This document shows, one piece after another, positions 9,066-17,739 of a stretch of DNA of 64,000 nucleotides (the first letter of the stretch is position 1; every line of letters starts with the position of its first letter). The DNA is from a virus. Lineage: Duplodnaviria > Caudoviricetes. Under the pieces are notes generated by a model that saw nothing but the letters and a program-made list of their open reading frames with translations, was not told the origin of the DNA and did not search any database. A program made the translations under genes and the position numbers. The DNA is taken from positions 13,106-77,105 of the IMG/VR virus record IMGVR_UViG_3300028591_008352; one strand, 5' to 3'.

Positions 9066-9560
9066 TTATCGTCCTATCCTATAGACTTTCTTCTTGTGTT
9101 CGTCAATGAACCCGCATGAAGCGACAAGCGGAATCACCTTTTCCTCGTCCACGCTTGTCAGATGGCCTACGACCTCGGCTTTTACCGCTACACTCTTTCT
9201 CGCTTTCAGCGTAAACAGCTCGGCACAGTCGAGGCGGCTGTCCTTTTCCAGTATTCCGGGATAATTCTCCTGTTTCAGGGTGTACTGGTATTTCTGCCTG
9301 TTAGGGTTATTCTTATAGAAGTCCAGGTTGGAATTGATGAAACACAGTCCGATGGCGTCGCCCTTGGAATTCTTTCCCACGATGACAAAGTACTTGTTGC
9401 GGTTCTGATATCCGTTTTTGAGGGTAAGGCCGTCGTTCGCATCCATGTTCTGGTAGACGATATCGCCTACATTCATGTCGGAGCCCGACGAAACCTGCTG
9501 CTCTTGCTGAATGGAGGCCTTCAGAGCAGCGAGAGAGCCTTTCGCATCGTCAATCAGCAT
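9066..9560 (-). CDS. Putative toxin (possibly PemK/MazF-like fold) coupled to Panacea gene
   Basis: Start overlaps the Panacea stop; GDIV...KYFVIVG...INS...DSRLDC pattern. Confidence 0.55.
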   Translation of the reverse strand: MLIDDAKGSLAALKASIQQEQQVSSGSDMNVGDIVYQNMDANDGLTLKNGYQNRNKYFVIVGKNSKGDAIGLCFINSNLDFYKNNPNRQKYQYTLKQENYPGILEKDSRLDCAELFTLKARKSVAVKAEVVGHLTSVDEEKVIPLVASCGFIDEHKKKVYRIGR

Positions 9561-10128
9561 TGAAGGCGGCTTTTATCAGTTGGACTTCGCGTATGTGGTC
9601 GACCATCTGCTTCGAGGCACCGCCTGCTCGGGCAATGTCGATGGTGGTAAGCATGTCCTTCTGCGGATCGTCCTCCATCAAGCCCCTCACCTTGTTGTAT
9701 GCCTCGTCGTGGGAGAGCTCTGACAAATCCTCAGACCCCATACGCCCATACTTTTCTATAGTTCGGTCGATCTCCTCTTTCTCCATATCGGAGATATAGT
9801 CCATGTCAGGCTCATTCACGGCATGTACAATCTGATTGGAATCAACCGCTATGGACGACATAAACTCCGTCAGGTCGTTTCCCTCATCGTCTGGCTCCAG
9901 ATTGTTCTCAACCAGTTTCACCACTTTGTAGGTAAGGGCTGGCACTGGACCCTTCAGGCGAGCCTTAAACGTGTCCTCCACGAGGCAAAGGCCATTGGTG
10001 GCAAGGTATTCACGCTGTGCAAAATACATGATCTTGAACAGCCTGATATAGTCCACGCCATCCTTGAAGTGCTGAAGAATATACAGCACAACAGCCTGAA
10101 TCTTGCTTATTTGCTCAGGTGATTTCAT
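9550..10128 (-). CDS. Panacea (DUF4065/SocA-like) antitoxin
   Basis: LFKIMYFAQRE, FKARLKGPVP, LSELSHDEAY. Confidence 0.85.
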   Translation of the reverse strand: MKSPEQISKIQAVVLYILQHFKDGVDYIRLFKIMYFAQREYLATNGLCLVEDTFKARLKGPVPALTYKVVKLVENNLEPDDEGNDLTEFMSSIAVDSNQIVHAVNEPDMDYISDMEKEEIDRTIEKYGRMGSEDLSELSHDEAYNKVRGLMEDDPQKDMLTTIDIARAGGASKQMVDHIREVQLIKAAFNAD

Positions 10129-10321
10129 AAAAGTAATATGTTAATTAGCCACTCTTAATTTTTGCCATTCATTTCCGGTTGCAAAATTACAACATTTATT
10201 CGGAATTTCAATGCGTAACGCAATATTTAACATTTAACGCCATTAAATACGAAAGTGCAAATAATGACCGAAGCCGACATTAGCATAAGTGCCCCTCTTG
10301 CCAATGTTTATTGATGTTTTA

Positions 10322-11578
10322 TCAAACCTTTCTTTCATTGATTCTTAATGTTTCCCTATACTGCTCGGCTTCAGGCACTTTTATGAACTCAACAGACTTG
10401 TCGAAATTAGCCTTCACAACCTGTTCAATTTCTTCAAGTGTGACGTGAAAAAACTCTTTGCGCCCGTTAATCATATTCATCTTCCTATCATCAAAGGCAC
10501 GATGCAAAGCTGCTTCAAGCTTTGGCGCATCATCACAAAATATCATTGCATGAACGTCAAATTTGAACGGAACAGACGCATCACCAAGTTCATCAACACG
10601 CTCCATCGGATCAAGACGACGTGTCATGCCTATTTTATAGACATTCTCACCAAACGATCCAATATTAGAGATGATATACACATATCCAGCTTTTTTATTT
10701 GCTTCACGATAATCGATGTCTTTCATTGCAACTTCAAGATCCTCCAGATGGCCTTCGATTTCCGTCTTTTTCTGTAACAACAATTCTCTCTCTGTTTCAT
10801 CAGCATTGTCAAGTTGCAATTCAATCTTTGCAAGGGCGTTTGTATAATGCTTTTTCTCCTTCTCAATGTCTTTTCTGGCATCTTCGATTTCCTTTGCCAA
10901 CTTGGCTTCTTCTCTCAACTGTTCACGAATACGTTTCTGTTCTTCTTTCTCCTCTTGTTTCTTAACTGCATATTCGTACGAAAGATTAAGCTCTTCTATT
11001 TTGGACTTTACATATTCATTTGTCAAGCGTACACAATTCTTAGAATTCATTTTATTAAGTGCATCTGCAGACTTTTCTATCTTTTCCTTAAATGCGACTA
11101 TATTGTTAAACTTGACTTTACTAATGAGTACGTCGCATTCATCGTTAAAACAGCGAACTATCTGCTTGATGTTTTGACTGGTCATTGCACGTCCTTTTGC
11201 AATACTACCATCAACTGTCCATTCCTTATCACATACAGCAGCGCAATGGTCACGAATCATTCGTTTTTGTTCAGAACGAACTTCGTCGAGACGTTCTTTG
11301 TAAAGTTCCAAGTTTGCAAAATCGTATATTGGAGAATACAAGCCGTACTCCTGTAGCAATATTGAATCGTCAAGTTCCACTATCTGATCTTTCTTTTCCT
11401 CTATCTCACCAGACAACTTTTCCAATTCGGACTTTAATTCTTCTATGACTTTTTCTAAGCGTGATTTCTCGGTATCAAGATCAGCGATGGCTCGGTACTT
11501 TTCCAAACCACTGACTTGTTCCTTTAATAGCTGTATTTCAACTATCTCCTTTTTCTTTAGGAAATCAAATACTCCCAT
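10322..11578 (-). CDS. DUF4041 domain protein with C-terminal T5orf172/GIY-YIG-like domain
   Basis: GYVYIISNIGSFGENVYKIGMTRRLDPMERVDELGDASVPF, RKEFF; long coiled coil. Confidence 0.9.
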   Translation of the reverse strand: MGVFDFLKKKEIVEIQLLKEQVSGLEKYRAIADLDTEKSRLEKVIEELKSELEKLSGEIEEKKDQIVELDDSILLQEYGLYSPIYDFANLELYKERLDEVRSEQKRMIRDHCAAVCDKEWTVDGSIAKGRAMTSQNIKQIVRCFNDECDVLISKVKFNNIVAFKEKIEKSADALNKMNSKNCVRLTNEYVKSKIEELNLSYEYAVKKQEEKEEQKRIREQLREEAKLAKEIEDARKDIEKEKKHYTNALAKIELQLDNADETERELLLQKKTEIEGHLEDLEVAMKDIDYREANKKAGYVYIISNIGSFGENVYKIGMTRRLDPMERVDELGDASVPFKFDVHAMIFCDDAPKLEAALHRAFDDRKMNMINGRKEFFHVTLEEIEQVVKANFDKSVEFIKVPEAEQYRETLRINERKV

Positions 11579-11586
11579 AATAACGC

Positions 11587-11877
11587 CTATTTTATATCAA
11601 TTGATAATTCGTGGCCACAGTAAGGGCAAGTGACAGAAGGAGAAATGGCGGAACCAGAATCGCTCTCTCTAAAAAGTTGCCACATTTCTATTCCAAGAGC
11701 CTTTGAGAATAATTCTAAGACCTCGAATGTTGCACCCTGATTTCCATTGAGAACGTTACTAACATACTGAGGGGATTTGTCAACCTTCTCTGAGAGGGCT
11801 TTAGCAGTGAGTCCCTGGTCTCTCATTATTTCTTTGATGCGCTGGCCAATTGTGACCATATACTCTTTGTTTGTCAT
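11587..11877 (-). CDS. XRE-family HTH repressor with C-terminal CPYC motif
   Basis: IGQRIKEIM, LSEKVDKSPQYVSNVLNG, LELFSKALG. Confidence 0.9.
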   Translation of the reverse strand: MTNKEYMVTIGQRIKEIMRDQGLTAKALSEKVDKSPQYVSNVLNGNQGATFEVLELFSKALGIEMWQLFRESDSGSAISPSVTCPYCGHELSIDIK

Positions 11878-11900
11878 ATCAAGTATATTAAAAACGAACG

Positions 11901-12013
11901 CAAAGATACATATTTAATATAAGAGTATAGCAATTTAATATATTAAATATAGTTAAAAGATAGCGTTTTACTATATATAAATTTGGAAGATATAGCGATT
12001 TACTATATCTTTG
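11901..12013. promoter_or_regulatory. Divergent promoters with three 17-bp operator-like imperfect palindromes
   Basis: TATAGCAATTTAATATA 11926, GATAGCGTTTTACTATA 11959, TATAGCGATTTACTATA 11991; TTTG(11982)-N20-TATCTTTG(12006) rightward; TATCTTTG leftward at 11901-11908. Confidence 0.75.
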
Positions 12014-12065
12014 CACCCGAAAAGTCAAACAAAGTAAAACAATAAACAAATAAACTCAAAGAATT

Positions 12066-12353
12066 ATGGAGAATCAAGCAAAGAACCAGGAACAGGACTT
12101 CACGATGATTCAGAACGTGGAGCAAGTAAAGATCAACGAGACCACAAAAAAGCTGATGAAGTGTCACGCCATGCTGATGGACATCACCCGCTTCCTTGGC
12201 GGCTTCGAGATGAAGGAGTCGAAGGTATACATGCTGGAAGGCGAGACCGAGAACGCACAGAACGCCGTCTTGGAGGCTGAAAAGGAAGTGTCAGCCCTGA
12301 TGAGCGCCTATTCTGTGAACATTATGTGCGAGACCGATTACAAGTTTATCTGA
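12066..12353 (+). CDS. Hypothetical protein
   Basis: 95-aa ORF, first gene after the rightward promoter. Confidence 0.65.
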   Translation: MENQAKNQEQDFTMIQNVEQVKINETTKKLMKCHAMLMDITRFLGGFEMKESKVYMLEGETENAQNAVLEAEKEVSALMSAYSVNIMCETDYKFI

Positions 12354-12357
12354 GCCT

Positions 12358-12609
12358 ATGAGAACGAAGGAGTTTGAGCCGTTAGACGGCATTTGCGTGG
12401 GCGACTGGATGGGGCGCAGTGTATCATTGCGTCCAGAACCTACCTCACGACAACATGTTAGAGGTACGCTGAAGGGCGTCATCTTCGAGACGAGAACCAA
12501 CAAGGGAATTATCCTTACCCTCATCATCGGCGACAGGCTGGTGCAAGTGTTCAGCTGGATGGCCGAGATACGAATGGAACAACGAACAAACAAAAACAAA
12601 TGCCCATGA
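12358..12609 (+). CDS. Hypothetical protein
   Basis: 83-aa ORF in operon context. Confidence 0.55.
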   Translation: MRTKEFEPLDGICVGDWMGRSVSLRPEPTSRQHVRGTLKGVIFETRTNKGIILTLIIGDRLVQVFSWMAEIRMEQRTNKNKCP

Positions 12610-12686
12610 AACAGGAAGCATCCCCTACCCCAAAGACGCAATACTGATATGAACGATTATATATTTCACTAATCAAATTATAAACA

Positions 12687-13406
12687 ATGGAAACAGCAAT
12701 CCAAGTATTCAACAACCCGCAATTCGGAGACATCCGAGTAATAACCGACGAGAATGGACAAATCCTTTTTGTAGGAAAGGATATAGCGAAAGCTCTGGGG
12801 TATGCTAACCCTCGAAACGCTTTGAAAGCCCATGTGGATGCAGAGGACAAAACCACCGCCCCGATTCAGGGCAGTGGTTCGAACTACAAAACCCGTGCTG
12901 TGCTTATCAACGAGTCTGGCTTCTACGCTCTTGTCCTTTCGTCAAAGTTACCCCAAGCCAAGCGGATCAAGCGTTGGGTGACGAGCGAGGTTCTTCCGGC
13001 CATCCGCCGCACTGGAGCCTACGCCGTGCCCAATCCCGCCGTCACCGACAGCACGGAGCATCTGCTGGCAGAGCTGCGCGACACACGCACACAGGATGCC
13101 GAGAAGCTGCTGCGCAAGCACGTCAACGCCTTCAATAAGCGGCTGAGGGAGTATGTGACAGAAGGCCGCTATTTCTTAGGCCACAACTACGGCCCTCTGA
13201 GCCGTGAGCAGTCGGGAATAGTGCTGCCTCCCGGCATAAGCTTCGAACAGGCTTTGAAGTCGCTCTTCGCCCAGCTCGACGAGGCATTCCTGGCCTTCTA
13301 TAGCCTGAACCACGGCTTTGCAAAGGGAGAAACAGCCATGCAGATGCGACTGGAGGCAATGAGAGAGCAGATTTCGCTCCTCGGAAAAATGGCTGGCGTC
13401 ATCTGA
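12687..13406 (+). CDS. BRO-N domain protein (antirepressor-like)
   Basis: FNNPQFGDIRV, FVGKDIAKALGY, INESGFY, KRWVTSEVLPAIRRTG. Confidence 0.9.
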   Translation: METAIQVFNNPQFGDIRVITDENGQILFVGKDIAKALGYANPRNALKAHVDAEDKTTAPIQGSGSNYKTRAVLINESGFYALVLSSKLPQAKRIKRWVTSEVLPAIRRTGAYAVPNPAVTDSTEHLLAELRDTRTQDAEKLLRKHVNAFNKRLREYVTEGRYFLGHNYGPLSREQSGIVLPPGISFEQALKSLFAQLDEAFLAFYSLNHGFAKGETAMQMRLEAMREQISLLGKMAGVI

Positions 13407-13437
13407 CGTCGCCGATTCTTAGTTACTTCGTTATCAG

Positions 13438-13472
13438 GCCCCGGCGGGAAAATCCGCTGGGGCGTTCTTTTT
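13438..13472 (+). terminator. Intrinsic terminator after BRO gene
   Basis: GCCCCGGCGG-GAAAAT-CCGCTGGGGC followed by GTTCTTTTT. Confidence 0.8.
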
Positions 13473-13503
13473 GCCTGTTTGTAAAGCATTTTCAAAACGT
13501 CTT

Positions 13504-13681
13504 TTTTGCCGCGGCAAAATCGCAAATTTGCCGCCATGTTTGCCGATATATTTGCCGCTACTTTTGCCGCGGCGTTTGCCGAATATTTTGCCGCGTCATT
13601 TGCCGCAGCAAAAAGACCACGTTAAGAGCTGTTAAGAATGTTAACGGAAATCGGTTTTGCCGCTATTTTTGCCGCGACAAA
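13504..13681. repeat. Phased TTTGCCG array (10 copies, seven at exact 12-bp period)
   Basis: Copies at 13505, 13527, 13539, 13551, 13563, 13575, 13587, 13599, 13656, 13668; palindrome TTTTGCCGCGGCAAAA at 13504-13519. Confidence 0.9.
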
Positions 13682-14027
13682 TTTCACGAAGATAGGGCGT
13701 TTCGGAGGATTTAGTTAAAATTGGCATGAAAAACAGCTTTTTTTTAACGAAAAATTAACACGTTAAATTCTGTTAATTCGGTGAACAGCCGTTAAATCCT
13801 CGCGCGCGTACATGATGTGCGTATGCGCACGGTTATACTCTATATAATATATTATTATTTACTAATAGATATAGGGGGTTATAGGGGGAAAGAAAAAAAA
13901 CTGATCCTTGTACTTGGTACTTGCTCATGGTACCATTTCCATACATTATTTATAATTCAAGTGCTTAAAAGCAAACGCAAAAACCGCAAAAACAAGGGTT
14001 TATGTAAGTTATAAGCATAATTTAATA

Positions 14028-14067
14028 GTGCTTTTTAGGCACTTTTGCGAAAATTTGCTTATTTTTG
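14028..14067 (+). promoter_or_regulatory. Terminase operon promoter: palindrome GTGCTTTTTAGGCAC-N17-TATTTTTG
   Basis: Same architecture as 22636-22676. Confidence 0.65.
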
Positions 14068-14092
14068 TGCCAAATAATCAGAAAACACGGAT

Positions 14093-14599
14093 ATGAAGTA
14101 CAGCGAACAGACCATCGCCGCCATAGCGGATGCCATCAAGGACGGCGAGACCGTCGAGACCGCCTGCAAGATAGCCGGGATTACCAAGACCACCTTCTAC
14201 GAATGGATGGCGGACGAGGGAAAAACGGACTTTGCTGACGCCATAAAAAAGGCCAAGGACGAGTTCCAGAAGACGATCGTCGGCAGGCTGGAGCACTCCC
14301 TTTGGAAGAAGGCGCTCGGCTTCGAGTTCGAGGAGAGGAAGACGGAGACCAACAAGGATGGTGTGACTACCAAGAAGACTGTAGTCAAGAAATACTATCC
14401 CCCCGACACCGCTGCCCTGATATTCGCCCTTACAAACGTAGCTCCCGAGCAGTGGAAGAACCGCCAGAACATAGAGGCGACGGGCAGGGACGGGAGAGAC
14501 CTATACCCCCGCCAGAGCATCGACATGGACAAGCTGACGGCCGAGCAGCGTGAGCTCCTGCTTTCCATCGGCACGGAAATCATCAACAGGAAGGAATGA
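14093..14599 (+). CDS. terS: Terminase small subunit
   Basis: N-terminal HTH (ACKIAGITKTTFYEW), PPDTAALIFALTN...WKN; stop overlaps large subunit start. Confidence 0.8.
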   Translation: MKYSEQTIAAIADAIKDGETVETACKIAGITKTTFYEWMADEGKTDFADAIKKAKDEFQKTIVGRLEHSLWKKALGFEFEERKTETNKDGVTTKKTVVKKYYPPDTAALIFALTNVAPEQWKNRQNIEATGRDGRDLYPRQSIDMDKLTAEQRELLLSIGTEIINRKE

Positions 14600-16059
14600 G
14601 CATCGACTATACGGAGCTGGCAATAGCAGCGGTGGCAGACGAGTGCAGGAGGAGCTTCTTCTACTTCGTCAGGACCTTCTGGGACGTCATCATCAAGGAG
14701 GAGCCCGTGTACAACTGGCACATCCCCTACCTTTGCGGTGAGCTCCAGAGGCTTTCCGTGTCCATCGTGGAGCGACGGCCGAAGCCGTATGACCTCATCA
14801 TCAACATTCCCCCTGGCACCACCAAGTCCACCATCGTGACCGTGATGTGGCCCGTATGGCTGTGGACGCAGGACCCCAGCATCCGCATCATCACCAACTC
14901 ATATTCTGGTGCCCTCTCCATCGACCATGCCACCAAGAGCAAGGACATCATCGAGAGCGACAAGTTCAGGATGCTGTACCCGGAGATAAGGATACGCCGC
15001 GACAAGAGCGGCAAGCAGAACTATGAGAACACCGAGACGGGCTACCGCTACGCCACCTCCACGGGTGCCACCATCACTGGCTTCCACGCGCACGTCATCA
15101 TCAATGACGACCCCGTGAACCCCAAGCAGGCCGAATCGGAGCAGATGCGAACCGCCGCAAACGAGCACACTAAGACACTTTCCTCACGTAAGGTTGACAA
15201 GGCCAATACGCCTGTGGTCACCATCATGCAGCGACTCCATGAGGAAGACGTGACCGGCTACCTGTTGAAGAAGAAGGGCGAGAACATCCGCCACATCTGC
15301 CTCCCCGCCGAGCTTTCGGACAACGTAAGGCCCGCGGAGCTGAGAAGCAACTACGTGGACGGGCTCCTCGACCCCGTGCGACTTCCGAGGAAGGTTCTTG
15401 AGGAAGCCAAGACTGACCTCGGCAGCAGGGGCTACGCCGGGCAGTACGAACAGACGCCGACGGCAGCTGGCGGCAACATCATCAAGGAGTCCTGGTTCAG
15501 GCACGTCAGCAAGGCCGACTACCACGCCCTGCATTTCCGTGAGCCTGTACACTTCTTCCTCGACACGGCCTACAACAAGAAGCAGAAGAGCGACAACGAC
15601 CCCTCTGGCATCCTCGGGGCGTGCAAGATACGGAACAACATCTACATCACCTGCGCACAGAAGGTTTACAAGGAGTTCCCCGACCTGATACGGTTCCTGC
15701 CAGAGTTCATGGCGGCGAACGACGCCAGCGGCGAGAGCACGCTGAGGATAGAGCCGAAGGCAAACGGAATGAGCGTCTGCCAGCAGCTGCAGGAGGTGAG
15801 CTCGCTCAACGTCACCTACACCCCATCCCCCACCGACGCGAAGGACACGCGCCTCTATGCCGTCGCCCCGAAGGTGGAGTGCGGACGCGTTTACTTGGTG
15901 GAGGGCGACTGGAACGAAGAGTTCATTGACGAGGTCTGCGGCTTCCCCGCCAAGACCCACGACGAATACGTCGACATCCTCGGCTATGCCATCAACTATT
16001 TCACGGAGGAAAGCTTCGAGGTGCCCGAGTATGCCGGCAGCATGTTAGCGATAACGTAG
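14596..16059 (+). CDS. terL: Terminase large subunit
   Basis: INIPPGTTKS Walker A, IINDDP Walker B, IMQRLHEED, HDEYVD nuclease motif. Confidence 0.95.
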   Translation: MSIDYTELAIAAVADECRRSFFYFVRTFWDVIIKEEPVYNWHIPYLCGELQRLSVSIVERRPKPYDLIINIPPGTTKSTIVTVMWPVWLWTQDPSIRIITNSYSGALSIDHATKSKDIIESDKFRMLYPEIRIRRDKSGKQNYENTETGYRYATSTGATITGFHAHVIINDDPVNPKQAESEQMRTAANEHTKTLSSRKVDKANTPVVTIMQRLHEEDVTGYLLKKKGENIRHICLPAELSDNVRPAELRSNYVDGLLDPVRLPRKVLEEAKTDLGSRGYAGQYEQTPTAAGGNIIKESWFRHVSKADYHALHFREPVHFFLDTAYNKKQKSDNDPSGILGACKIRNNIYITCAQKVYKEFPDLIRFLPEFMAANDASGESTLRIEPKANGMSVCQQLQEVSSLNVTYTPSPTDAKDTRLYAVAPKVECGRVYLVEGDWNEEFIDEVCGFPAKTHDEYVDILGYAINYFTEESFEVPEYAGSMLAIT

Positions 16060-16084
16060 TAGTAACAATAAAAAACAAACAACC

Positions 16085-17542
16085 ATGTCGATTATCAACC
16101 AAATCACCAACCTGTTCAACGCTGCGGTTGGAAGGAACCAGGACTTCGAGCAACTCATCGAGGCCCGTGACATCAACAGAGTTAAGAGCCTCATGGACAG
16201 CCACCGCGAGGAGGCGGAGGAAGCCATGAGGGAGTACGACCCGGAGACCCATCCCATCATGAGCCGAAAGGACAAGGTGCTGAAGGACCTGAAGGGCAAC
16301 CGCAAGGGCACGCTCACGCGGTGGAAGCTGCCAGTGGGCTACCCCATGTACATCAACGAGATTTCCCTCGTGTTCCTCTTCGGCCAGCCCGTGAAGTGGA
16401 AGCAGAAGAGCGAGTCCGCGGACGAAGGCTTCCAGGCATACACGAAGCTGCTGAAGAAGATGCACTTCAACAGCAAGATTCGCCAGTGCAAGCGACTGGC
16501 TGGATCGGAGACGGAGTCGGCCATGCTGTTCCGCGTGTTCCGCAACAAGAAAGGGGAGCCCGACTGCCAGATTCGCGTGCTCGCGAACTCCAAGCACGAC
16601 GAGATTTACACCCGCTGGGACGTGTACGAGAACCTCATCACGTTCGCATGGGGCCATTACGGCAAGGACATTGCCGGGAAGACCACCTATCACCTCGACA
16701 TCTTCACCGACTCCGTCATCTACCATTGCACGCAGGGCTTGTTCGGCTGGGAGGTAGAGGAGGAGGACAACCCCATCGGCAAGATTCCAGTCATCTACTT
16801 CAGCCAGAAGAAGGAATGGGACGGTGTGCAGAAGCTGATAGACCGCGAGGAATACGTGGCATCGAGACGGGCGGACACCAACGACTACTTCTCCGACCCG
16901 TACCTCGTCATCAAGGCTGCGCTGCTCAAGTCGATGCCCGACAAGGAGATGGAGAACAAGACGCTCGTGGCCAGCGACAACGTGGAGGACGTGAGCAAGC
17001 TTGCAGGGTTCCTCACCTGGGACGGGCAGAACGAAAGCAAGAAGGACGAGCTGGAGTGGCTGCGCCACCACATCCTCACCAAGACGTTCACGCCAGACAT
17101 CGACTGGAGCCAGTTCAAGGGCATGTCGCAGATGTCCGGCAAGGCGCTGAAACAGATGATGCTCCTCGCCGACATCAAGGCGACCAAGCACAAGGAGAAC
17201 TACGACGAGATGCTCGACCGCGCCGCGTCGCTCGTCATCGCCATCATGGCGAACGTGCTCTACATCACCAAGACGGAGTACAACCTTGGCGAGCTGGAGG
17301 TTGACCACGACTACCAGGAGCCGTTCGGCGAGGACATCGCGGAGGTAATCAAGAACATCAACGAGTCCATCGACGGAGGCACCATGTCGGAGGAGAGCGG
17401 CATCGAGCAGAACCCGCTCATCAAGGACAAGGAGCTGGAGAAAAACCGCCTCAAGGAACAGAGGGAGGAGAAGGCCAGGCAGCAGGGCGACCTATTCGGG
17501 GGCACCCAGGACAGGGACGACGTATTCGGAGGGGCTAAGTGA
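16085..17542 (+). CDS. Portal protein (SPP1 gp6-like)
   Basis: 485 aa directly after terL; IPVIYF, LIDREEYVAS pattern. Confidence 0.88.
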   Translation: MSIINQITNLFNAAVGRNQDFEQLIEARDINRVKSLMDSHREEAEEAMREYDPETHPIMSRKDKVLKDLKGNRKGTLTRWKLPVGYPMYINEISLVFLFGQPVKWKQKSESADEGFQAYTKLLKKMHFNSKIRQCKRLAGSETESAMLFRVFRNKKGEPDCQIRVLANSKHDEIYTRWDVYENLITFAWGHYGKDIAGKTTYHLDIFTDSVIYHCTQGLFGWEVEEEDNPIGKIPVIYFSQKKEWDGVQKLIDREEYVASRRADTNDYFSDPYLVIKAALLKSMPDKEMENKTLVASDNVEDVSKLAGFLTWDGQNESKKDELEWLRHHILTKTFTPDIDWSQFKGMSQMSGKALKQMMLLADIKATKHKENYDEMLDRAASLVIAIMANVLYITKTEYNLGELEVDHDYQEPFGEDIAEVIKNINESIDGGTMSEESGIEQNPLIKDKELEKNRLKEQREEKARQQGDLFGGTQDRDDVFGGAK

Positions 17543-17739
17543 TGGCTGCAGGGAGAGCGAGGAAACAGGGCGGCGTCAATGGCGTCCGTCACCTGTGCCG
17601 TGACTGCGAGAACAGCTACGACTGGCACGAGAAGAGCGTCAAGGGCGAGTTCTTCATGTGCCGTTGCCCCCATCACAGGTTCAGCAGGTTCCTCAACCAT
17701 GACGGATGTGACGAACACTTTAAGCCGAGAATGAAATGA
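17542..17739 (+). CDS. Small Cys/His-rich protein
   Basis: CRDC...CRCPHH...C; overlaps neighbours at both ends. Confidence 0.65.
   Translation: MAAGRARKQGGVNGVRHLCRDCENSYDWHEKSVKGEFFMCRCPHHRFSRFLNHDGCDEHFKPRMK

Noticed and set aside
13504-13681. Repeat array as a CRISPR array
   Set aside because: 7-bp units with 5-bp gaps are far too short, and no cas genes are present
13817-14014. 65-aa ORF upstream of terS
   Set aside because: Runs through low-complexity AT- and G-tracts, starts at GTG and more likely belongs to the regulatory or packaging region
17479-17496. QGDLF clamp-like motif in the portal C-terminus
   Set aside because: Short motif in a low-complexity tail with no plausible replication role; likely chance
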